DNA of 32,000 bases from Phycisphaera mikurensis NBRC 102666 (GTDB lineage Bacteria > Planctomycetota > Phycisphaerae > Phycisphaerales > Phycisphaeraceae). Under the pieces are notes generated by a model that worked only from the letters and a program-made list of their open reading frames with translations, was not told the origin of the DNA and ran no database searches. The position numbers were made by a program, and so were the translations under genes. Positions 18,261-28,055 of the stretch are shown one piece after another (positions within the stretch are counted from its first letter, which is position 1; each line of letters starts with the position of its first letter). Where the stretch lies: assembly GCF_000284115.1 (NCBI RefSeq), contig NC_017080.1:2250001-2282000 (forward strand), read 5' to 3'.

Positions 18261-20711
18261 ATGCCGCGCACCACCGAGACCCTCTCCGACTGGGCCTTCG
18301 CCCCCACCGACGACGCCGCCGCGGTGGAGCCGGGTTTCGACGCGGCGTCCTTCGCGCCGGTTCGGGTGCCGCACGACTGGTCGGTGGAGCACGGCTTCGA
18401 CGAGCGTCTCGAGGGCTGCACGGGCTACCTGCCCGGCGGCTTCGGCACCTACCGCCGAGCGTTTCCGACGCCGGAGGTGCCGGCGGGCGGCCGCGTGCGG
18501 CTGACCTTCGACGGCGTCTACAACCGCAGCGAGGTCTGGCTGAACGGGCGGCGGATCCACCAACACCCCTACGGCTACAGCCCCTTCACGCTGGATCTCA
18601 CCGACCAGCTGGCACCCGCGGACCAAGAGAATCTGATCGCCGTGCGGGTGGACCGAACGCGCTACGCGGACAGCCGCTGGTACACGGGCTCGGGGATCTA
18701 CCGCGCGGTGACGCTGGAGGTGGTGGAGGCGCTGCACGTGGCGCACGATGGGGTCTTCGTCACCACGCCGGAGGTCTCCGACGGCCACGCCTCGGCGACC
18801 GTCCGCACCGAGGTCGTCCACGCCGGGGCGGGGGAGGTCGGCTTCGTGCTGCACCAGCGGGTGCTCGGGCCGGACGGGGCGGAGGCGGCGAGCACGCGGG
18901 CGGGCTTCAACTCGGCCGACGCGGGCGTGCGGGCGGTGGAGCAGACGCTGGAGATCGCGGACCCGCAGCGCTGGTCGCCGGACGCGCCGACGCTCTACAC
19001 GCTCCAGACGCGGGTCGAGCGGGCGGGCGAGGTCGTCGACGAGGTGGAGACGCGGATCGGCTTCCGCACGCTGGAGCACGACGCGGCGCGGGGGTTCTTC
19101 CTCAACGGGCGGCCGACGCCGATCCGCGGCGTGTGCCTGCACCACGACGGCGGGTGCGTCGGGGCGGCGGTGCCCGACGCGGTCTGGGAGCGGCGGCTGC
19201 GCACGCTCAAGGACGGCGGCTGCAACGCCATCCGCACCGCCCACAACCCGCCTTCCGCGGCCTTCCTCGACCTGTGCGACCGCATCGGCTTCCTCGTCCA
19301 GGACGAGTTCTTCGACGAGTGGGAGTTCCCCAAGGACAAGCGGAAGAACTGCCGCGAGCAGTCGGTCGACGCGATCACCCGCGGCTACTGCGAGCACTTC
19401 CCGACCCACGCCGAGGCCGACCTGAAGGCGGTGATGCGGCGCGACCGCAACCACCCCTGCGTGTTCCAGTGGAGCATCGGCAACGAGATCGAGTGGACCT
19501 ACCCGGCCTACGTGGAGGCGACGGGCTTCTTCAACATGGACTGGCAGGGCAACTACTTCTGGAGCCTGCCCCCCAACGACCGGGCGACGATCCGGGCCAC
19601 GATCGAGGCGGCGGGCCCGGACCCCTGCGGCGAGACGGCGCAGCGGCTGGCCGGCTGGACGCGCGAGCTGGACACGACGCGGCCGGTCTTCGCGAACTGC
19701 ATCCTGCCCTCGGCGAGCCTGGAGACGGCCTACGGGGACGCGCTCGACGTGATGGGGTTCAGCTACCGCCGGGTGATGTACGACTACGCGGGCAGGCACC
19801 ACCCCGAGAAAGCGGTGATGGGCGGAGAAAACCTCGGCCACGCGCACGAGTGGCAGGCCGTGCAGGAGCGGGACCGCGTCGCGGGGCTCTTCCTGTGGAC
19901 CGGCATCGACTACATGGGCGAGAGCGACGGCCAGTGGCCGCGGAAGAGCACCGACAGCGGCCTGCTCGACGCCGCCGGCTTCGTCAAGCCCGCGTGGCAC
20001 CTGATGCGCACCCTGTGGCGGCCGGAGGTCCCGCACACGCACATCACCACGCAGACGCTGGACGACTCGCTCTACCGGGTGGACGCCGACGGCCGCGTGC
20101 TCGAACGGGAGCCGGGGCAGTGGGAGCGGCGGCTGTGGGGCTGGCACGGCGTGGAGGAGCACTGGAACTGGCGGAAGGGCGAGATCGTGATCGTCGAGGT
20201 GGCGAGCACGGCGGGCGAGCTCGACCTCGTGCTCAACGGCCGCAGCCTCGGCGCACGCCGGCGCGAAGACTTCCCCGATCGGCTCTTCAAGTGGGCGGTG
20301 CCCTGGGAGGCCGGCGAGCTGCGGGCGGTGGGCGGCGGGGCGGACGTGGGGATCCGCACCGCCGGCCCCCCCGCCACGCTGAAGCTCAGCCGCGGGCCGT
20401 CGGCGATGGCGGTGGCGGTGCGGTCACCCGACGCCCACCATGTGGAGGCCCGGCTGCACGACGCCGACGGCCGCCGCGTGCGGCACGCGGAGGCGGAGCT
20501 GACCTTCCGGCCCGACGGGCCGGGGAAGGTGCTGGGCGTGGACAACGGCTCGCCGCGGAGCGTGCAGCCGTACGCGAGCGACCGGCTGACGACCTCGCAG
20601 GGGCGGGCGCTGGCCATCGTCGGGGAGGCCGGCGGAGGCCGGCCGCTGCGGGTGACGGTGACCGGGCCGGGGCTGGCGGCGGCGACGCTGGAGCTCGACG
20701 CCGGCGCCTGA
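18261..20711 (+). CDS. Glycoside hydrolase family 2 (beta-galactosidase-like)
   Basis: VPHDWSVEHGF, GTYRRAFPTPE, FDGVYNRSEVWLNGRRIHQHPYGYSPFTLDLT, SRWYTGSGIYRAVTL, RDRNHPCVFQWSIGNEIEW, VMGGENLGHAHEW. Confidence 0.95.
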   Translation: MPRTTETLSDWAFAPTDDAAAVEPGFDAASFAPVRVPHDWSVEHGFDERLEGCTGYLPGGFGTYRRAFPTPEVPAGGRVRLTFDGVYNRSEVWLNGRRIHQHPYGYSPFTLDLTDQLAPADQENLIAVRVDRTRYADSRWYTGSGIYRAVTLEVVEALHVAHDGVFVTTPEVSDGHASATVRTEVVHAGAGEVGFVLHQRVLGPDGAEAASTRAGFNSADAGVRAVEQTLEIADPQRWSPDAPTLYTLQTRVERAGEVVDEVETRIGFRTLEHDAARGFFLNGRPTPIRGVCLHHDGGCVGAAVPDAVWERRLRTLKDGGCNAIRTAHNPPSAAFLDLCDRIGFLVQDEFFDEWEFPKDKRKNCREQSVDAITRGYCEHFPTHAEADLKAVMRRDRNHPCVFQWSIGNEIEWTYPAYVEATGFFNMDWQGNYFWSLPPNDRATIRATIEAAGPDPCGETAQRLAGWTRELDTTRPVFANCILPSASLETAYGDALDVMGFSYRRVMYDYAGRHHPEKAVMGGENLGHAHEWQAVQERDRVAGLFLWTGIDYMGESDGQWPRKSTDSGLLDAAGFVKPAWHLMRTLWRPEVPHTHITTQTLDDSLYRVDADGRVLEREPGQWERRLWGWHGVEEHWNWRKGEIVIVEVASTAGELDLVLNGRSLGARRREDFPDRLFKWAVPWEAGELRAVGGGADVGIRTAGPPATLKLSRGPSAMAVAVRSPDAHHVEARLHDADGRRVRHAEAELTFRPDGPGKVLGVDNGSPRSVQPYASDRLTTSQGRALAIVGEAGGGRPLRVTVTGPGLAAATLELDAGA

Positions 20712-20727
20712 ACGGCCGCTGGAGAGC

Positions 20728-20747
20728 CGCCTCTCGGGCGAGAGGCG
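20728..20747 (+). terminator. Candidate intrinsic terminator downstream of GH2 gene
   Basis: Perfect 8-bp stem CGCCTCTC-gggc-GAGAGGCG 17 bp after the stop codon; no clean T tract (atccttccc follows). Confidence 0.5.
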
Positions 20748-21087
20748 ATCCTTCCCGCTCACAGCTCCAGCGGGGTTCTGCAGCGGCCGTCACGGCCGGG
20801 CATGGCTCGCCAGCCCGGGCCTCCCCAAGGGTGCGTCTTTCGCGCCTTCCGTGGGTCCCCCGGAATGCGCTCGCGGGGTGCCACGCCCGCCCGGGGGCGG
20901 GGTCCGCCTCCGCGTGCGGTCCTGCCCCCTGGAGGGCCTCAACCGTCGACGCGTTCTCCAAAACGGCCGATGCCGGGGTGGCGAGCATCCGGATCGTCCG
21001 AAGCGATGTGTCGAGGTTCAAGCTCCCAAGCTCGTGGGACCCCGCCCCGCATCGGCTCGGACGCCCGGGTGGGTCCCGGGATGCGGC

Positions 21088-23055
21088 TTACTTGTTGAAG
21101 TCGCTGAGCGAGAGGCCGCCGAGGCCCTGGCCCATGCCGCCGCCGCCGCCGAGGCCGCTCTTGAGGTTCCGCTTGTCCAGGCGGGGCTTGGCCTTCGGCT
21201 GGTTCTGCATCAGCTGCGCCTCCTCGGCTTCACGCGCCTCGCGCGGGCTGGGCTTGGTGCGGAGCGACAGGGCGATCTTCCGCTTCTCGGGCTCGACGCT
21301 CTTGACCTTGAACGTCTTCTCGTCGCCGACCTGGAGGACGTCGGTGACCTTGTCGACGCGGCGGTCGGCGAGCTCGGAGATGTGCACCAAGCCCTCGACG
21401 CCGGATTCGAGCGCCACGAAGGCGCCGAAGTCGGTGACGGTGGTGACCCGGCCCTTCACCGACTCGCCGGCGGAGACGCCCAGGCCGTTGCCGCCGCCCT
21501 CGCCGCCCTCGCCCGTCGCCCAGGGATCGCCCGCGGCGGCCTTGAGCGACAGCGTGAAGCGCTTCTTCTTCGTCTCGATCTTGAGGATCTGCACCTTGAC
21601 GGCGTCGCCTTTCTTCACGACGTCCTCCACCTTCTCGGTGCGGTTCCACGCGAGCTCGCTGATCGGCAGCAGGCCCTCCACGCCGGGCTCGATTTCGGCG
21701 AAGGCGCCGAAGGTGGTGGTCTTGACGACGCGGACGCTGATGTTCTCGCCCTCGGTGTAGCGATCGGCCAAACCCTCCCAGGGGTCGGGCGTGGTCTGCT
21801 TGATGCCGAGCGCGATCCGCGGGCGGTTGCGCTTCTTCTTGCCGCCCTTCTGCGGCGTCGCCGCCTTCACGCCGCCGCCCGCGGTGCCGCGGTCGGTGGC
21901 GGAGCCCTGCGCCTCGGGGGCGGGCTCGTTCGCGTCTTCGCCGTGGAGGTTCTCCAGCTTGAGCACCATCACGCTGACCTTCTGACCCACGGAAAGCACG
22001 TCGCCGGGCTTGTCGATGCGGTTGTGGGCGAGGTCGCTGACGTGCAGCAGGCCCTCGACCCCGCCGAGGTCGACGAAGGCCCCGAACGCCATGAGGTTGG
22101 TGACGGTGCCCTCGCGGGTCTGGCCGACCTCCAGCTCCTTGAGCAGCTTCTCGCGGCCGACCGCCCGCTGCCGGTCCTGCAGCTTGCGACGCGAGAGCAG
22201 CACCTTCTTGTGGCGTCGGTCGATCTCGGTGACCTCGGCCTCGACCTTCTGGCCGTGGAAGACCGACAGGTCCTCCACGCTGCCCACGTCGACCTGGCTG
22301 GCGGGCATGAAGGCCTTGATCGAGCCGGCCAGCTCGAGCTCCAGGCCGCCCTTGTTGCTGCCGGTGACGCGGGCCTCCACGGCGTTGCCCACCTCCAGCT
22401 CGTCCCACGTGCCGCGGCTGATCGCGCCCTCGCGGGAGAGGAAGACCAGGCCCTCGGCCTCGTCGGCGTGGTCGACGACGAAGTCCATGAGCGCGCCGAT
22501 CCGCGGCGGGTGCTCGAATTGCTGAGCCGGGACGATGCCCTGGAGCTTGGCCGGGCCTCCGGAACCGAGGTTCGCTCCGTCGCTCTGCAGGTCGACGAAG
22601 ACGTCCTCCCCGCGGAGCGCGGTGACGGTGCCGCGGCGGACCTGGCCGCGGGCGACCTTGCCGCCGGGCTTGGGGGCGGCGCGGTTCGCCGGGTTCTCCT
22701 CGCCGCCGGCGGACGCGTTCATCAGCGCGTCGGCGTCGACGCCGGCGAGGGCCTCGGCGAGCTCGTCGTCGACCGAACGCTCGGGCGCCGCGTCGGGGAT
22801 CGTCGACGCGGCGACCGCCTCGGCCTCCTGGTTCATCGCCCGCTCCATGGCGGCGTCGGCGTCGGCGTTCGGCTGCGCCGCGGATTCCGGCGTGCCGCCG
22901 GGCACCGGATCGGGCATCGACTCGACGTTGGCGGCGGTCTGCGGCTCCACCGCCGGGGGCGCTGCCGGCCGGGGCATCTCCGGCTGGGCCTCGGCGGGCG
23001 GGGTGTCGGGGGTGGGATCGACGGCGGACGGGTCGTTGGAGGCGGGCGCTTCCAT
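21088..23055 (-). CDS. rpsA: 30S ribosomal protein S1-like protein with five S1 repeats
   Basis: Five S1 repeats, e.g. VTNLMAFGAFVDLGGVEGLLHVSDLAHNRI, VVKTTTFGAFAEIEPGVEGLLPISELAW, VTTVTDFGAFVALESGVEGLVHISELADRRV. The listed ORF 21088..23907 over-extends upstream. Confidence 0.92.
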   Translation of the reverse strand: MEAPASNDPSAVDPTPDTPPAEAQPEMPRPAAPPAVEPQTAANVESMPDPVPGGTPESAAQPNADADAAMERAMNQEAEAVAASTIPDAAPERSVDDELAEALAGVDADALMNASAGGEENPANRAAPKPGGKVARGQVRRGTVTALRGEDVFVDLQSDGANLGSGGPAKLQGIVPAQQFEHPPRIGALMDFVVDHADEAEGLVFLSREGAISRGTWDELEVGNAVEARVTGSNKGGLELELAGSIKAFMPASQVDVGSVEDLSVFHGQKVEAEVTEIDRRHKKVLLSRRKLQDRQRAVGREKLLKELEVGQTREGTVTNLMAFGAFVDLGGVEGLLHVSDLAHNRIDKPGDVLSVGQKVSVMVLKLENLHGEDANEPAPEAQGSATDRGTAGGGVKAATPQKGGKKKRNRPRIALGIKQTTPDPWEGLADRYTEGENISVRVVKTTTFGAFAEIEPGVEGLLPISELAWNRTEKVEDVVKKGDAVKVQILKIETKKKRFTLSLKAAAGDPWATGEGGEGGGNGLGVSAGESVKGRVTTVTDFGAFVALESGVEGLVHISELADRRVDKVTDVLQVGDEKTFKVKSVEPEKRKIALSLRTKPSPREAREAEEAQLMQNQPKAKPRLDKRNLKSGLGGGGGMGQGLGGLSLSDFNK

Positions 23056-23162
23056 GGCTTGCACTTCGTTTCTGGGGATCGACAGCGGACACCGCGCCGG
23101 AGCCGGCCGCGGGGCGGAGAGGTTACACCGAGGCCGCCGCTCTCCGCGGCGTCCCGCGCGTT

Positions 23163-23777
23163 TCAACGCCGGCTCACGTGCGGGTTGCCGCGGGCGTAGA
23201 AGCGAAGCGGGGCCGCGGCCCACTCGCCGGCGTAGTCGACGCCGATCCGCGGACGGACGACGATTCTCGCGGAAGCGAGGCACCGTCCGCGGGTGCGCTC
23301 GACGAAGAGCCGCGGGCTGGTCAGCGTGTCGGTGCCGTCGTCGGCGAGCGAGATGCCCAGGGCCTGGCTGAGCTTGCCGGGACCCGAGCCCAGGTCCGTC
23401 TGCTGCTTCGCCTTCGCCCGCCGCGCGAACATCGTCGGCAGGCCCTCGGTCGGCTCGATCGCGCGGACGAGCACCGCCGTCGGCTCGCCGGCCGCGCCCG
23501 TCGACAGGTTCAGCAGCGCGTGGATCCCGTAGTTCAGGAAGACGTACGCCGTCCCCCCGGGCTCGAACATCGAGGCGTTCCGCTCGGTTCTGCGCCAGCC
23601 GAAGGTGTGCGCGGCCTTGTCCTCGACGCCGAGGTAAGCCTCGGTCTCGACGATGAGCCCGGCGAGGCGCTCGCCATCGGGTTGGACCACCACGAGCCGC
23701 TGGCCGAGCAGGCGGCGCGCGACGCTCACCGGGTCGGCTCGGTAGAAAGCCGCGTCCAGCCGCGGACCGTGGCTCAT
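23163..23777 (-). CDS. mpg: DNA-3-methyladenine glycosylase (AAG/MPG family)
   Basis: ARRLLGQRLVV, GLIVETEAYLGVEDKAAHTFGWRRTERNASMFEPGGTAYVFLNYGIHALLNLST, LGSGPGKLSQALGI. Confidence 0.95.
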   Translation of the reverse strand: MSHGPRLDAAFYRADPVSVARRLLGQRLVVVQPDGERLAGLIVETEAYLGVEDKAAHTFGWRRTERNASMFEPGGTAYVFLNYGIHALLNLSTGAAGEPTAVLVRAIEPTEGLPTMFARRAKAKQQTDLGSGPGKLSQALGISLADDGTDTLTSPRLFVERTRGRCLASARIVVRPRIGVDYAGEWAAAPLRFYARGNPHVSRR

Positions 23778-24853
23778 GGCGCGTCCGCGGCCGGACGGTC
23801 CGCGGCGCGGGCATCCGCGGCGGCCCGCACCACCTCCACCAGCGCGCCCGGACCCTCGGCCACGACGTCGCACGCCGGCACCCCCAGCTCGCGCTCCAGC
23901 CGCTCACGCTCGGCCCGCAGCCGGTCCGGATCGTCCCGCCCGCGGCGGCCGTTGATGGCGACGCCGAGCAGCTCGCAGCCGGATTGCTCCCCCGCCGACG
24001 CTCGGACCACCGCGGCGAGGCGGACCGGATCGGGCACGGCGAGGCTCGGCCGGCCGTGCAGGTGCGGCCGGCCGGGCTCGCAGCAGAGGATCAGCCCGTG
24101 CGGCTGGCTGCCGGCGAGCAGGCCCCAGGTGACGGCGGAGTAGCTCGGGTGCAGCAGCGACGCCTGGCCCTCGACGACCGTCACCTGGTGGTGGGCGTGC
24201 CGCCGCACGAGCGCCTCGGCGGCGCCGTTGAGGAAGTCGCCGACCACCGCATCGATCGGCACGCCGCCGCCGCTGAGCATCATCCCGGTCTGGCCGGTCG
24301 CGGCGAAGGCGGCGTCGATCCCGGCCTCGATCAGCCCCCGCGTCAGCTCCCAGGCCGTCACCATCTTGCCCACCGAGCAGTCGTTGCCGATCGTGAGCAC
24401 CCGGAACGCCCCGCCGATCGGCCCGCCCGTGGCGACCGTCCGCTCGGCGAGCGCTTCGGCTCGCAGGTCCACCAGCTCCGCCTGGCTCCGGCTCGCCGCC
24501 GCCGCGACGTCGGCATCGGCCCCGAGCCGGTCGTGCATCCCGCTGACGATTCTCAGCCCGCGCGCCGCCGCGTCGAGCACCGCGGGCTTGAGCTCCGGCG
24601 GCAGCTTCCCGCCCGCGGTCGCGACGCCGAGGTAGACGGCGGTGGCGCCGAGCGTGGTGGCCTCCTCCACGGAGGCCACCACGGGCGGCGCGTTCAAGAC
24701 GGGCATCAACGCGGCGAGGTCCCGGCCGACGAAGCCGGGATCCACGACCGCGACGACCTCATCGCGCCGGTAGCGGATCAGCGCCACCGCGGTCTTGGCC
24801 GCGACGGGCTCGCCCGCCTTGCCGCCGGTGAGGATCGCGATGCGCTCGGCCAT
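23774..24853 (-). CDS. DUF1611 domain-containing protein (P-loop NTPase-like)
   Basis: VLTIGNDCSVGKMVTAWELTRGL, FAATGQTGMMLSGGGVPIDAVVGDFLNGAAE, VVEGQASLLHPSYSAVTWGLLAGSQPHGLILCCEPGR. Stop overlaps the downstream glycosylase start (ATGA). Confidence 0.88.
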   Translation of the reverse strand: MAERIAILTGGKAGEPVAAKTAVALIRYRRDEVVAVVDPGFVGRDLAALMPVLNAPPVVASVEEATTLGATAVYLGVATAGGKLPPELKPAVLDAAARGLRIVSGMHDRLGADADVAAAASRSQAELVDLRAEALAERTVATGGPIGGAFRVLTIGNDCSVGKMVTAWELTRGLIEAGIDAAFAATGQTGMMLSGGGVPIDAVVGDFLNGAAEALVRRHAHHQVTVVEGQASLLHPSYSAVTWGLLAGSQPHGLILCCEPGRPHLHGRPSLAVPDPVRLAAVVRASAGEQSGCELLGVAINGRRGRDDPDRLRAERERLERELGVPACDVVAEGPGALVEVVRAAADARAADRPAADAP

Positions 24854-24900
24854 GGCCAGACCGTACGGCAGCGGTCGGACCGCCGAGACGCAGCTTGTAG

Positions 24901-26007
<1,107 letters not shown>

Positions 26008-26387
26008 GTCGGAGCGGTCCCGCCGGGTCGATGCGGTCAGCGGGGCCCGCGGCGCCGGCGGGAGCCGCGGGCGACCTCGGAATCTTGGGGCGTCCGATGC
26101 AGGGGCATCGGGCGGTTCGCCGCTGCGCGGAGGGTTCCGGCTTCGCAAAGGCCGTCCCCCGAGGTGGCGATGAGGCAGGATGGGGAATTGCATGACGTCG
26201 TGCCCCCTTTGCCAAAGGGGATACTGCTAATTTTCTTGTCGGCAATCCGCTCCAGCCTCTTGGATGCGCGGGCTGGTCGGCTTAGGATGCGGCGGGCCCC
26301 GGCCCCCGAGCCTCGAATCATCTCGCTCGGTTGCTCAGCCGCCAGAAACGACTGGCGGATCTTCCGGTTCTTTTCAGGAGTTTTCTC

Positions 26388-27095
26388 ATGCGTCCGCTTC
26401 CTCTGCTATCCGCTGCGCTTTCCGCGCTTGTTGCCGCCCTTCCCGCCGCGGCAGCGACGGTCGTTTTCGAAGACGATTTCGATGACGAAAACGCTCCTTC
26501 ACACCGCTTCGTTCGCAACTACACCGGCTTCGCCAACTTCGAGGTCACCCGCGGCGGGGTCGACCTCATCGGCAACGGCCGGCTCGATCACCTCCCCGGC
26601 AACGGCCTCTACGTCGAGCTCGACGGCAAGAAGGGGACCGGCGGGGGCACGCTCCGCTTCAACGCCGACCTCGACGGCCTCGCGGGTCCGCTCGAGGTCT
26701 CCTTCGACCTCGCGGGCAGCCAGCGGCAGAGCGGCGGGGTCGTCGTGTCTCTTCAGGGCGAGAGGACGCGGTACAACTTCAACCGCGACGACGACTTCAG
26801 GACCTTCACCCTCCGCACCGAGTCGGCGGAGGACTTCGAGCTGCTCTTCATCCAGGGTGGCTCCGACGGCATCGGCATCCTGCTGGACAACGTCGTGATC
26901 ACGAGCCTCGCGGAGGCGGGGGACGGGGGGGCCGGGGGGGACGGGGGGCACGGCGGAGGCGATGCGGACGAAGGCAACGGCGGAGCCGACACCGGCACCG
27001 CTCGCCCGGCGGTGGCCGTGCCCGTGCCGGGCGCCGCCGCGGCGGGGATCCTGCTGCTCGGCGGCCTCGCCGCCCGCCGCCGCCAACGAGACTGA
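26388..27095 (+). CDS. Secreted protein with PEP-CTERM/exosortase-type C-terminal sorting signal
   Basis: Signal peptide MRPLPLLSAALSALVAALPAAAA; Gly/Asp/Glu-rich linker; C-terminus VPVPGAAAAGILLLGGLAARRRQRD. SD-like caggag upstream of ATG. Confidence 0.82.
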   Translation: MRPLPLLSAALSALVAALPAAAATVVFEDDFDDENAPSHRFVRNYTGFANFEVTRGGVDLIGNGRLDHLPGNGLYVELDGKKGTGGGTLRFNADLDGLAGPLEVSFDLAGSQRQSGGVVVSLQGERTRYNFNRDDDFRTFTLRTESAEDFELLFIQGGSDGIGILLDNVVITSLAEAGDGGAGGDGGHGGGDADEGNGGADTGTARPAVAVPVPGAAAAGILLLGGLAARRRQRD

Positions 27096-27301
27096 CGACG
27101 CTTCCGGGGAGTCCGATCGCGCCCGCGGTGTCAAGCCCGCGGGTGCTTTCGCGCGCTGCGCAGCCCGCGGGGCTTCTCCGCGACTCGGACATCCCGCAGC
27201 CCGGCGGTCCGCGGGACGCCGCGGAGCGGACCCCGGGGGCGTGGTTTGCTTCCCGATCGGGCGCTGGCGCGGGCGGCCGCGGCGTGGCGCTACCGTCGGG
27301 C

Positions 27302-28015
27302 GTGTGCGGACGCGTCCAGATCAAGATGACCTCGCGCGAGGCGGCCGAAGCCTTCGGCGCCGACGCCCGCTGCGACGCCGCGGTGTTCGAACGCTGGAAC
27401 GCGGCGCCTTCGCAGCGGCTCCCGCTGCTGCAGCCCGCCGCTTCGGGGGGCCTGGAGCTCGCGGCCGCGGATTGGGGCTTCTCCAAGCCCGGCGGTGGCG
27501 GTCCCCGGCCAATCAACGCCCGCAGCGAAACCGCACCCCGCAGCGGCTTCTTCTCGGCGGCGTGGCGGCGGGGGCGGGCCGCCCTGCCGGTCACGGGCTT
27601 CTTCGAGTGGCAGGCGCCCCAGGCGGACGCGGCTCCGCCGCTGTTCGGTGGCGACGCCTCCGCCGCGCGAAAAACGCCCTGGCTGATCGAGCGAGCGGAC
27701 GGCCGGCCCTTCGCGCTCGCGGCGCTGCGCAACGAGGCGGGCTTCTGCGTGCTGACGACCGCGCCCAACGCCGCGGTGGCCCGGATCCACGACCGGATGC
27801 CGGTGGTGCTCGACCGGGCCGCGCTGGAACGCTGGCTCGACCCCCGGGCCGAACCCGACGCGCTGCGTCCTCTGATGAGGCCGTGCCCGGCCGAGGATCT
27901 CCGCTTCACCCGGGTCGCGGACGCGGTCAATGCGCCCGCCAACGAGGGGCCGGCCGCCGCCGAACCCCGGGCGGAGCCGGTCGCGGGGGCTACCTTCGCC
28001 GCCCCCGCGGCCTGA
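27302..28015 (+). CDS. SRAP-family (YedK/HMCES-type) abasic-site DNA-protein crosslink peptidase
   Basis: Met-Cys start (GTG-TGC: MCGRVQIK), INARSET, LPVTGFFEWQ, CVLTTAPNAAVARIHDRMPVVLD; catalytic Cys2, Glu and His motifs present. Confidence 0.93.
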   Translation: MCGRVQIKMTSREAAEAFGADARCDAAVFERWNAAPSQRLPLLQPAASGGLELAAADWGFSKPGGGGPRPINARSETAPRSGFFSAAWRRGRAALPVTGFFEWQAPQADAAPPLFGGDASAARKTPWLIERADGRPFALAALRNEAGFCVLTTAPNAAVARIHDRMPVVLDRAALERWLDPRAEPDALRPLMRPCPAEDLRFTRVADAVNAPANEGPAAAEPRAEPVAGATFAAPAA

Positions 28016-28055
28016 ACGGCCGCACCGCACGCCGCCCCCCTGACCCGACCCGCCC

